DNA from: Azolla caroliniana
Lineage: Eukaryota > Plantae > Polypodiophyta
Length of the DNA stretch: 64,000 nucleotides
NCBI GenBank assembly: GCA_043228905.1
Contig: JBHGNT010000014.1
Coordinates: 4,588,001 to 4,652,000, forward strand
Reading direction: 5' to 3'
Shown in pieces: positions 47,713-58,706 of the stretch. Under the pieces are notes generated by a model, which was given only the letters and a program-made list of their open reading frames with translations, did no database searches and was not told the origin of the DNA. Made by a program: the position numbers and the translations under genes. How positions within the stretch are numbered: position 1 is the first letter of the stretch; the number at the start of each line of letters is the position of its first letter.

Positions 47713-50700
47713 TGTTGAGAATTGACGCTTCTATTCACCTTCTTATCTCGGCCACAACCGATTAATCGCGGATCAATGGAGCAGAAAATAGGAAACACAC
47801 GTAGAAACAAAACGAAGAAACGCGAGTACACAAGGATTAACGTGGAAAACCCTAAACGGGGAAAAACCACGGGAGTACAAGACTCCAAACAACACTATAC
47901 AGAGAAGTATACAATGACGAGCTCCAAGGCGACGACCTTGAGCTCGCTGTCCTCGCCACAGGCGGCGGAAATACACAGAGGCGTCTACCTCTTTCTCTCT
48001 CGCGCTCTCTCTCTTTCTCTCTCTCTCTCGGCTGCTCTCTCTTCACTCCTCTAAAGTGGAAAAACAGAAAAATGAGAAGCAACACCAAAACTATTTGCCC
48101 TAAGTCATATTTATACATATATGACTTTAGGGCTATTTACAACTATAGCCTCAGGGGCCCATAACGAACATATTCACGGATATGTCCCTGCATCCGGATT
48201 GCTCTCCGGGTACATTCGTCATCCGGCACCGAAGCCGGGGTCTTCGTCATCCGGATCCGAAACCGAAACCGGGCTCGTCGGCATTCATCTCCGACATCCG
48301 ACCATCCCATCCGAAGGGACCGTAATCCCAACAAACTCCCCCTTCACTTCGGCATGGGATGTCTCTCCAATCCGACCCTCTTCCGGCATGCTTCCAGCTT
48401 GTCGGGTGTGAGGACCTTGGTCAGCATATCCGACCCGTTCTCGTACGTGTGGATCTTTGTCAGCACGAACTCCTTGTCTTCTATCCTTTCCCGGATCCAG
48501 TGATATCTTCGCTGGATGTGCGTCGTCCGGGAGTGATAGGCCGCGTTCTTCGCAAGGTGGATGGCACTCTGACTGTCGCAGTAGAGTCGGTACTCCTCTT
48601 GCCGGATACCGAGCTCTCTAATGAAGTCCTTCATCCATATTATTTCCTTGCCGGCTTCAACAGCCGCCATGTACTCCGCCTCCGTGGTTGACAACGCAAC
48701 CGTCTTCTGCAGCCTCGACTGCCACGAAACAGCTCCCCCTGCATACGTCATCACATACCCTGATGTGGACCGGCTGGTATCTGCATCAGCCGACATATCA
48801 GAATCAGTAAAGCCTTCGAGTTCGGGCTTACCGGAGCCGAATCGGAGGCACACGTTTGCCGTGCCCTTCAGGTATCGGAGTATCCACTTGACCGCGTTCC
48901 AGTGCTCTTTGCCGGGATTGCTCATGTACCGGCTCACCACTCCGACTGCATATCCGATGTCCGGTCTCGTACACACCATGGCGTACATCAAGCTCCCGAC
49001 TGCTGAGGCATACGGCACTTTCATCATATCCTCCTTTTCAGCCTTTGTCTTGGGACTTTGCTTGCTGGACAGCTTGCAGTTTGCAGGGAGGGTCGATCCG
49101 ACCGGTCTTGCTTCCCACATGTTGAACCGGTGAAGCACCTTCGTCACGTACTTCTCCTGTGACAGCCACAACTGCTTCTTCTTCCTGTCCCGGATGATGT
49201 GCATCCCTAGTATTTGCCTCGCCGGACCCAGGTCCTTCATTGAGAAGGTTCGGTGAAGAGCCTTCTTCAGCATCCGTATCTTGACCTGGTCCCGTCCGAC
49301 GATCAACATGTCGTCCACGTACAGGAGGAGTATTAGGGAGTCTCCTCCTTCGAACTTCTTCACAAACACGCAGTGGTCGGACTGCGTTTTGAGGTACCCT
49401 TCGTCGGTCATGAAGGAGTCGAACTTCCGGTACCATTGCCGGGGAGCCTGCTTCAGTCCGTAAAGGCTCTTCTTCAATCGGCATACCAGGTGCTCCTTCC
49501 CTTTCTTCTCGAATCCTTCCGGTTGCTGCATGTAGATCTCTTCATCGAGGTCACCGTGAAGGAATGCCGTCTTCACGTCCATCTGTTCTACCTCGAGGTC
49601 CATGCTTGCCGCTATGCTCAGCACCGTCCGGATGGAGGTCATCTTCACTACCGGGGCAAATATCTCGTCGAAGTCGACGCCCTTCTTCTGCTGAAACCCC
49701 TTCACCACGATCCTGGCTTTGTATCTCGGGGGGTTTCTGGCATCTCCCGGTTTCAGCTTGAACACCCACTTGTTTCGCAGTGCCCGCTTTCCTTTCGGCA
49801 ACTCCACAAGTTCATATGTGTGGTTCTCATGCAGGGAATCCATCTCGTCCTGCATGGCACTCAACCACCTGCGGCTCTGGGTGTCATGCTTTGCTTCTTC
49901 AAAGCTCTCCGGCTCCCCCTCGTCGGTTAGCAACACGTGCTCTGGTTCCGGAAATCTCCGGGGGGCCCTTCTCTCTCTTAGAGGGTATCTCCGTTCCGGA
50001 GCTTCGGTAACCGGTTCTTCCGATTCTTCTTCTTCATCCGAATCCATTTCGGGATCGGGGCCGGTTCCGGTATCATTTTCATCTTCTTCGGCCGGTTCTG
50101 TTTCTTCACCGTCTTCGGCCGGATCCTCGAGTGTTAACCGGTCCCTTGCCGGTCGGGACTGCTCCTCGTAGAGTTGATCCTCACCGATCGACTTGGAGCT
50201 CTTCATCTTCTTCTCCGACTCCCAGTCGGCGAGTGTCTTGTCCTCCATGAAGATGATGTCTCGACTCCTGAATATCTTCTTGTCGACCGGGTCCCATACT
50301 CGGTAGCCGAACTCGTCGTCGCCGTAACCGAGGAATATGCATGGCCGGGTCTTAGGATCTAGCTTTCCTCTCCGGTCCTTTGCCACATGCACGTATGCGA
50401 GACACCCGAACACCTTCAGATGCCGGTAGGACACTTCCTTACCGGTCCACACTCTCTGCGGCGTGTCTCCGTCCAAAGGAACTGAGGGTGATCTGTTTAT
50501 CACATATGTCGCCGTCGACATTGCCTCAGCCCAAAACCCCTTGGGTAATTTCGCATGCGCCAGCATACTCCGGACCCGCTCCATTATGGTCCGGTTCATC
50601 CTCTCGGCCAGCCCGTTCAGTTCCGGCGTCTTCGGCACAGTAAACTCGAGCCGGATTCCCTTCGAGCGACAGTACTCCTGGAACTGCCCCCGGTATTCCC

Positions 50701-52205
50701 CTCCGTTATCCGCTCGTATCGCTTTCAGCTTCTTGCCGGATTCCCTTTCCACTCTCGCGTGGAGTTCTTTGAAGACGGACAACACTTGGTCCTTTGTCTT
50801 CAACGGTGCCGTCCACAGCTTCCGGCTGTGATCATCAATGAATGTCACGAAGTACTGGGCTCCGCCATGTGACTTCGTTTCTACCTGACACACATCAGTG
50901 TGCACCAACTCCAATGGTGCGCTACGTCTCGTCGGTGGCCTTGAGTGGAAGGAGGTTCGGTTTTGCTTACCGGCCAGGCAGTCGGTGCACTTCTCCAGGT
51001 GCACATGCTTCACTGGAATAAGGTTGTCTTCTGCAAGCCTCTTCATCCCCTTCTCACTCATGTGGCACAGTCGCTTGTGCCACAGCTCACCGGCAGCGAC
51101 GGCTGCCACGTTCAGCTCCTCCGGACATAGTCGGGAATTCATCAGGTACAGAGTGTTGACCTTCCGGGCCCGAGCCACTATCAGGCTCCCCTTGCTGAAC
51201 TTCATGACACCGTCCCGGATGCTACCCGTGTAGCCTTCATCATCTAGCCTCCCGGCCGAGATCAGGTTCAATCGGACCTCCGGAACGTGTCGCACATTCT
51301 TCAGCAGCAGCTTGCATCCGGTTGATGTCATCAGCCACACGTCTCCTATGCCGGCAATCCGGCATGTGCCTTCATTTCCCATCCGGACACAGCCATGTTC
51401 ACCGGCTGTGTAGGATGAGAAGTATTTCTTCTCCGGGGTCAGGTGGAACGACGCTCCGGAATCGACCACCCAGGTCATCTCTTCACCGGCAAGGTTTAGC
51501 TCCGTCTCTTCGGTAATGAGCATTATCTCTTCTTCACTTGCCGCGAATGCCGTCGTTCCTTTCCGGTCCTGCCCTCGCCGATCCGGACCTCTCCGGTCCG
51601 TGGCTCCCTGGTATGCACCGTTTCTCTCCGGTGACTTCTTCGAATCGGTGTCGTCGGCTCCGTTGTCCTTTCGGTAATGCCGACAGTTCTTCCGGAAGTG
51701 CCCCGGCTTCCCACAGTGGAAGCATGTTGGCCTTCCTCTTGACTGCGACCGGGTCCCCGACTTCTCCCGTCTTTGCGGACTCCGGTTCCACTGTCTTCCC
51801 CGATCCGATTCGGTAAACAGCATCTTCGGGTCGGAGGCCGGTTCCTTATCTCTCCGACGCGCTTCTTCATTCAGAATACTTGTCTTTACCGTTTGTAGGG
51901 ACAAGTTATCTTCGGTGCAGGAGGTGCTGAGAGTCACCACCAAGTTCTCCCAGCTGTCCGGCAATGTACACATCAGGATGATGGCTTGCATTGCATCCTC
52001 CAGCGGGAACTTGATCGCCGCAAGCTGATTCACGAATCCCATGAACGTGCTTACGTGTTCTACCATACTCTCGCCGTCCCGGTACTTGAGGTTCACTATC
52101 TTCCTCATCAGGGAGGTCCGGTTCAACGCATTCTTCCTCTCATAGAGGCCAGACAGCTTCTTCCACATCTCGTATGCGTTGGTGTCGTTCGCCACATGTT
52201 GCAGA
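47713..52205 (-). mobile_element. Young Ty1/copia A2; its 5' end is lost in the assembly gap
   Basis: 3' LTR 47713-48333; PPT GAAGGGGGAGTT at 48334-48345; continuous gag-pol ORF. Confidence 0.93.
48344..52205 (-). CDS. Ty1/copia Gag-Pol polyprotein (partial at the 5' end, otherwise uninterrupted)
   Basis: More than 1280 codons without a stop: CFHCGKPGHFRKNC, WVVDSGASFH, LWHKRLCH, VHTDVC...RADNGGEY, QMDVKTAFLHG, LYVDDML, DSDMSAD, LYCDSQSA. Confidence 0.95.
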
Positions 52206-52305
52206 NNNNNNNNNNNNNNNNNNNNNNNNNNNNNNNNNNNNNNNNNNNNNNNNNNNNNNNNNNNNNNNNNNNNNNNNNNNNNNNNNNNNNNNNNNNNNNN
52301 NNNNN
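52206..52305. other. Assembly gap (100 N, probably a placeholder size)
   Basis: Run of N; missing ends of A2, A3 and B1 imply a much larger true gap. Confidence 0.98.
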
Positions 52306-52355
52306 ACGTACTCATACATATGCACATACATACATAAATAAACAAAATCTTGCAA

Positions 52356-52390
<35 letters not shown>

Positions 52391-52698
52391 GCTTCATAAC
52401 ACCTAGAAATTTGTTTGTGTTTAAAGTAGACACATACATACATACACACACACACACATACAAAAATAAATAAACGAAATCTTGCAAGCAAATATTTATA
52501 TATATATAAATGTGTCATAGCACCTACAAATTCTTGCAACCATATAAGAGAGGAAGAGGCTTGTGTTTAGGGGAGATGCATGCATACATACATATATAGC
52601 ATACACACATACATAAAAAGCAAAGTCTTGCAAGAAAACATATATAAATATTTACATGAATAGATGCTTCACTGGTTCTAGAAGGGTAAGGTCCTCAC

Positions 52699-53116
52699 TA
52701 ACAATCGGCAACGAGAGGGTCCAAACCGTTTTAATTTTTTGAAACCTGAACCGAACTACAAAACCGTTAAACATTTTTCAATCCGTTAAACCATTAAACC
52801 GTAAAAACCGTGGTTTCGTGGTTTGGTTTCGGTTTTCAACACAGGTCAATTTTTTAATTTATAATATTTCATTATTTAGAATTTTTAATTTTTTTAAGAT
52901 GTTCCTAAAATGTGAGAATAAGGTGTAAAAATGAAAAGATTGTTTAAAAACAATTTTTTTAATAAAATAAAATAAAATTTAAAATTGAAAACCGTTAAAC
53001 CGTTTAAACCGTTGTTTTTGACTGGTGAAACCAAACCGAACCGTTGAAACTGTTAAGCCGTTAAACTGCGGTTTCGCGGTTCGGTTCAGTTCGAATCAAA
53101 CCGTTGCCGATTGTTA
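52699..53116. mobile_element. MITE, probably hAT-type
   Basis: Perfect TIR TAACAATCGGCAACG/CGTTGCCGATTGTTA; many AAACCG subterminal motifs; flanks GTCCTCAC/GTCTCCAC (6/8, degenerate TSD). Confidence 0.8.
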
Positions 53117-53580
53117 GTCTCCACATCCTATCTCTTGTGGAGAAAATGCGAAGGCTTTATCATGTCATTCTAGCATTTCTCAGAATTTTAACACGTCTTC
53201 AGGAAGTAGGACCCAACCCCACCAACTTGGATTTTCATGCGTGTTTCATCCGTAAAGGCGTGACCACTTCCTCTCGAGTCTCTAAGGTAAGGAGCCGCCA
53301 CTACTACTTTCATCCATTGCCAACTATTTTGCAAGAAAACAAAAATACATACATAAATATAAACACACATACATAAATAAACAAAATCTTGCAAGCAAAC
53401 ATATATATATATATATATATATATATAGCGCTTCATAATAGCTACAATTTGTTTGTGTTTAGGGTAAACACACACACACACATATATAAACGCTTTATAA
53501 CACCTACAAATTCTTTCAAGCAAACAGAGAGAGGAAGAGGCTTGTGTTTAGGGGGGGAGACACATACATACATACATTAA

Positions 53581-53857
53581 CATAGTACGTAAAAATTCGT
53601 GTTCGACTAGCATAACATTCGTTTTCGTACGTTGAAAAACGAATGCGAATGTTATTCAAACATTCTTGTGTTTTTTCTTTTTGTTTTTTCCCCATTTTTT
53701 TTTTAATGTTTTTCCATTTCTTAGGTTTGTTACCTCATAATAAATATTTAATCCCAAAAAGTATGGTATTTATCATTCGTTGAGGGTGATTTTTTTTCTC
53801 ATACGAGAATGGTTGAAACATGCGCGAATGCGAATGCACGTAATGGTTCATACTATG
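53581..53857. mobile_element. Possible MITE
   Basis: CATAGTACG...CATACTATG termini with internal TTCG/CGAA motifs; no clear TSD. Confidence 0.45.
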
Positions 53858-53907
53858 CATGCATACATACATATATTATATATACATCAACAAAATCTTG
53901 CAAACAA

Positions 53908-53944
<37 letters not shown>

Positions 53945-54024
53945 AAATAGAAATTTTCCATATTTACATTCATAGCCCCTCTCCCTCCATATTCATATAT
54001 ATGTATTCCTGCAACCATACGTAC

Positions 54025-54030
<6 letters not shown>

Positions 54031-54077
<47 letters not shown>

Positions 54078-54119
54078 AAGGAAGGAAGGAAAGGGGGAAG
54101 GGAGGGAGGAAGGAAGGGG
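54031..54119 (+). repeat. (GA)22 microsatellite and polypurine tract just upstream of the TyrA start
   Basis: About 89 consecutive purines ending 30 bp before the ATG. Confidence 0.9.
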
Positions 54120-54148
54120 CGCGTGTGTGTGTTCTTCTGAAGGCATCC

Positions 54149-54534
54149 ATGGATTTCTGCAGAAGTAGCCTCCCTTTGTTACGCAGCTCAGAAGCCTTCG
54201 GAAACCCTGGATGCCTCCACCCACCTCCCTACCTCTATGGATTCGGCAACGGGGCCCTAAGCAGAGGTCGGAGAGCACGCTTCCACACCCCTCCCACTCA
54301 CCCCTCCCACGCCATCAATGTTAGGGCTGTCGATGCCGCCCAAGAGTTCGACTTCGAAGCCAAGAAGCTCCGGGAATTGCGTATGAAGAATCGTCTCAAG
54401 ATAGGGCTCGTGGGTTTCGGCAACTTCGGCCAGTTTCTTGCCAAGAGGATGGTGAAGTATGGCCATTCGGTTATCGCCTTCTCTCGATCCAATTACTCCG
54501 AATTGAGTCGCAAGTTGCAGGTGAAATTCTTCAG
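54149..54534 (+). CDS. TyrA: TyrA exon 1 (transit peptide and Rossmann fold)
   Basis: MDFCRSS...LKIGLVGFGNFGQFLAK; donor AG|GTTAGT; start codon inferred. Confidence 0.88.
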
Positions 54535-57500
54535 GTTAGTGGACCTCTTTCTTACAGAATAGAAAATACTCGGACAATGGGTAGGGTAATGTGTTTGAAA
54601 AAAAAAAAAAACAATGTTAAACAATGGGGTATGCATATAAAACTTATTTATGTGACAATTATATATACAGTACTTATCCGGGATTCATTGACTCGGAATT
54701 GGATCTCAAATTTAAGGTTCAAATCTTTAGGTTAGTGCATTATTGTAGAATACTTAGCATACAATACGCGTAGAATACGTATGCTAAGTGTCCTACAAGT
54801 ATTCTAACCTTTTTTTAAAAATACTTATAATACATATTTTACAGATAAAATACGTTAAATATGTAGAATACATGTAAAATACTTTGATTACTTTTTAAAA
54901 TTTAAAGTTTTTTTCCAAAAAAATAAATTATTATTATTATTATTATTATTATAAAAAACTTTTTTGAAATGTTAAATACTTGTTAAATACGTAGAATATG
55001 TGAAAAGTTGAAAAATGGAAGTTCGTGTAGAATACTTCAGAGTATTCTAAAACGTATTTTAAACATAGAATACGCGTTTTTTAACAACTATGGGTTACTG
55101 ACTTGAATCAGGAAAGAAATAGTGTTTGAAAATGGTTTAGAGGATGTGTGGTCATAAAATGTGCGGGAGATATGTTTGTCAAGAAATGTTTGAAGTTTAC
55201 TGGAAAATGCTTTAAGAGCCGTGTTAAAAAATATGCTAGAAAATGTCCTTGAAAATGTGTTTGAAATTTTCTAGAACAATGTGGTGTATGAAACTCATAT
55301 ACAGCAATTCGATATATACAACGATTACACTTTTCCTGGGATAATATGGTTATATGAAATTAATATGCAATGATTTAATTTATGCAATACTCATACATTT
55401 TGTAAGCATGGTACGTGAAGCTGATACACAACTATATGGTATAGGCAATACTTACACATTTGTGTACAATTAATTTTCTCCCACAGTCCATTGGTTGTAA
55501 TGGCAAATTATGGCTATCTATTCTGATCGCTAGTCTTTTTCGTCTCTCTAGCATAGTCTTATGTAACAACTAAAGATCATTTGTCTCACCTTTCACATAC
55601 ATCAAAGTGGTGGAGGACTAGCCAAAACTGTGGGTTTTTACATTGTAAAGACGCTCACGTCTGTTTTCATTTTGTCATTTTGTTTTGGATTTTTGTTACC
55701 CAGTGATGCTGATGATTTCTGTGAAGAGCATCCGGAAGTGATTGTGCTGTGCACTTCTATCCTATCGACTGAGGCTGTTCTTCGAGCACTGCCTATACAG
55801 CGTTTGCGTAGGAGCACTTTGTTTGTTGACGTACTCTCTGTGAAAGAGTTTCCCAAAAACCTTCTCTTACAGGTGCTCTTCTTGGCAGATTACTACTTCT
55901 TATCATATACTTGAATTGATAATTCGTAACAATACTTTCTCTTTTTATCGACTTTGCATGCCTATACTTTGTTTCATGAGGTTATTACATTTCTTTCTTA
56001 CATTTCTGTGTCATGCATTTTTGCCACCTCTGAAAGAGCCTCTGAAACTTCTACAGAGTTAATTTTTTTGTTAGATTTCTTACTCTTGTCTGTGCTCGAT
56101 TTAATAGCCTTAACCCATGACAGTACATTGTATCAAGTAGTTTGATTCTACCACTAAGAGTAAGCCAACAAGACACTCGAGAAACCCTGGTCAATATTTG
56201 ATCTTTGGGATGGGGCAGAGTCCATGGATTTGAAACAATTCATGGAAACTGTATGATTTTAGCTTGTGTGTGTTTTTCTGTTGATTTTTGACAATTATGG
56301 GTTTTCATGTCCAATGGTTCATGAACAATAATCTATGTGACTTCTTGCTGAGCAACATTTGAACTCTATGGCGAAATCTAGTTTGGAAAATGATAGAGAA
56401 ATAGATTTGTGGCGTGCAACACATGTGGGTAGGACATTGGAGTGGTTGCCCACGTGGCCCCTATGAGAACTAATCTAATCTTTATCTGATTTGTGTCCTT
56501 GTGACTTCGAACATGCATCACACTGAGAGGGCATCACTATATTTTAATGAAAAAGTATTGGCGGATAATTTAAATTTTTGACTGGTCAACATGCTCTTCT
56601 ACGTTTAGGTGTTTGTAGTCACCAGTGATCAACCTGAACCCATTTGTAAAGGAGGGACGCTTATAAGGCCACTCTCTTTAGAGCCTTTGTCTTGCATTCT
56701 ACGTCTGGAGCAATATGCACTATTATTGGAAGAGGCTTCATAGAAAGCTACGGTCCTTGCCCATTCTTCATATATGTATCTATTGAATTTAATCCAAAAG
56801 TATGTACGATGATCCATATAAGATATACGTAGAATGATATTGGCCAAGGACTATATAGAACAGGATTGGTTTGAACTGTAGCCCTAAACCCTAAATCCAA
56901 AAACCAATGTGGAATGCACTCTTTTCTATCGCTATCTACAAATTTGTGTGAGTTGACTTGTTAATAAACTGAATCAACAGGCTTATAGGTCATAAGTTAG
57001 GGTTTGAGAATCTTCCTGGAGTTGGGATCCTAAAGAGACTTGGGCATTCGTGACGTGGCTTATACATTCGATTTATCATACAAAAATGACTCAGAAGTTC
57101 GGGGAAGGATCTATCATAGTAGCATATGTTTTGTTTGTAGGTCATATAACGTTTTGCCAAGGGTTATACAACCTTTACAGTTTGGGTTGGTGTGGGTCAA
57201 GATTGGGCATCTTCACTCCTAGGTCTTCATACTTGTCTTAAACCCTCCATTGCTTTAAATTATTGAGTTTTTACAGTGACTGTTGAATGAAAATAAGTTT
57301 TTTGTTTTTTATATATATCTTTAATGGTCATTACTGTTTGCTACAACTGGCAAGCTTGCTTTATTCGTCTTTGTAATGTGTACATTTTCTTTCTTGAAGG
57401 CTGAGATTGTTTCTCTCCCTCTACCATGCATTTTTCTTTCCTAATTCTGTAGACATTGGGATGCTTTAAATTCTATGATGCCTTTTCTTCTTGTTAAGTT

Positions 57501-58706
57501 TCCTTATTCTCCTGATACAGATGCTTCCTTCTGAGTTTGATGTGCTTTGCACACATCCCATGTTTGGTCCACAAAGTGGAAAAGAAAGCTGGAAAAACTT
57601 GCCGTTTGTATATGAGAAGGTTCGCATAGGCAAAGGAAACCGAGAAGACCGGTGTACTAGATTCTTGGACATCTTTGCTAATGAGGTATTATTTTTTAAG
57701 AAAACATTCTCAAACGGGAGCCCTAATGCAAAGTGTCACAATGTTAATGTACACTGGGGTAACCATTTACATGTTCTTATATACCCGTGTGCAACAAATT
57801 ACTTGTAATCATATTCTTGTTCAACAACATACATGCTCTCATACTCATGCAGCAATTTACATGGCCTTATTCTCTTTGTGCTACAAATTTTTACATGTTC
57901 TCTACCTTTTCTATAACAATTTTACATTTTTTCATATTAAAAATGTTTGAATGATAGGGATGCCGAATGGTAGAGATGTCATGTGAGGAACACGATCGAC
58001 ATGCAGCTAGCACCCAATTCATGACGCACACTGTTGGCAGGTTTTGCATCTATCATCTTTTTTTGTAAACATTATTTTCTTTCACATGGCGACATAACAA
58101 TGTTTAAATAATTTAACGGCAGAGTGTTAGGCAAGCTGGGTTTGGAGTCAACACCAATCAATACAAAAGGTTATGAGACGTTACTTGATCTGGTAAATAG
58201 ACATCTGGATTTTTTTCACAGTTTTTTCTTATTGAAACTTAGGAAAAATCATGTGATAAACTAGCATTGTGGGATCTGTATTACAGGTTAATAACATTGG
58301 AAGTGACAGTTTTGATCTTTATTATGGTTTATTCATGTACAATGTGAATGCCACGGAAGAGGTATATATACAGTGCTATACATGGTTTACAGTTGTAAAT
58401 TTGACGAAAAATGTCATAAGATGCTAAATAACGCTATCCTGTTTTGCCTGTTTTGTTTGTTAGCAGTTGGACCGTCTAGAGCTTGCGTTTGATGCTGTAA
58501 AGAAACAACTATTTAGCCAATTACATGATGTATTACGGGCTCAATTATTTGATCGCCCCTCAGATTCTGAGGATGTTACTCAAGCTCCGATACGGGTACT
58601 GACACCGACCCATACCACTGAGAATGTACTAGCCACACAACCTGTCAAAGTTGGTCAAAGCACTGAGAATCTTGATTCAGTTGGATTGAATGGCAGACCA
58701 AGCTGA
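54149..58706 (+). CDS. TyrA: Arogenate dehydrogenase, plastid-type; 7 exons, 395 aa
   Basis: Exons 54149-54534, 55704-55872, 57521-57685, 57958-58040, 58123-58192, 58287-58361 and 58467-58706, all GT-AG and in phase (1188 nt); motifs IGLVGFGNFGQF, FVDVLSVKEFP, CTHPMFGP, MSCEEHD, TPINTKGY, DSFDLYYGLF; transit-peptide-like N-terminus. Confidence 0.93.
54738..55092. mobile_element. hAT-type MITE in TyrA intron 1
   Basis: Imperfect TIR CATTATTGT/ACAACTATG; 8-bp TSD GGTTAGTG/GGTTACTG (7/8); internal AGAATAC motifs. Confidence 0.7.
55704..55872 (+). CDS. TyrA: TyrA exon 2
   Basis: DADDFCEEHPEVIVLCTSILSTE...FVDVLSVKEFPKNLLLQ. Confidence 0.92.
57521..57685 (+). CDS. TyrA: TyrA exon 3
   Basis: MLPSEFDVLCTHPMFGPQSGK...FLDIFANE. 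Confidence 0.92.
57958..58040 (+). CDS. TyrA: TyrA exon 4
   Basis: GCRMVEMSCEEHDRHAASTQFMTHTVGR. Confidence 0.9.
58123..58192 (+). CDS. TyrA: TyrA exon 5
   Basis: VLGKLGLESTPINTKGYETLLDL. Confidence 0.9.
58287..58361 (+). CDS. TyrA: TyrA exon 6
   Basis: VNNIGSDSFDLYYGLFMYNVNATEE. Confidence 0.9.
58467..58706 (+). CDS. TyrA: TyrA exon 7
   Basis: LDRLELAFDAVKKQLFSQLHDVLRAQLF...stop; TAGCAG acceptor. Confidence 0.88.
   Translation: MDRLELAFDAVKKQLFSQLHDVLRAQLFDRPSDSEDVTQAPIRVLTPTHTTENVLATQPVKVGQSTENLDSVGLNGRPS

Larger units (their letters stand above)
52306..53945. repeat. Dispersed low-complexity module containing (TA)n and (CA)n
   Basis: AAATCTTGCAAGCAAA-(TA)n...TTTGTTTGTGTTTA...AGAGGAAGAGGCTTGTGTTTAGGGG pieces recur near 52340, 52475, 52620, 53380 and 53890. 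Confidence 0.7.

Noticed and set aside
52206-52345. N-terminus MFIYVCMC of the 1333-aa ORF
   Set aside because: Artefact of reading through the N gap into unrelated microsatellite DNA
52696-53119. CACTA element reading of the upstream MITE
   Set aside because: The left end reads CACTA but the right end is TAGTC with no matching 3-bp TSD at those boundaries; a degenerate 8-bp TSD and AAACCG motifs fit hAT better
56882-56895. Telomeric CCCTAAA x2 in TyrA intron 2
   Set aside because: Only two units; a common telo-box-like motif with no supporting context
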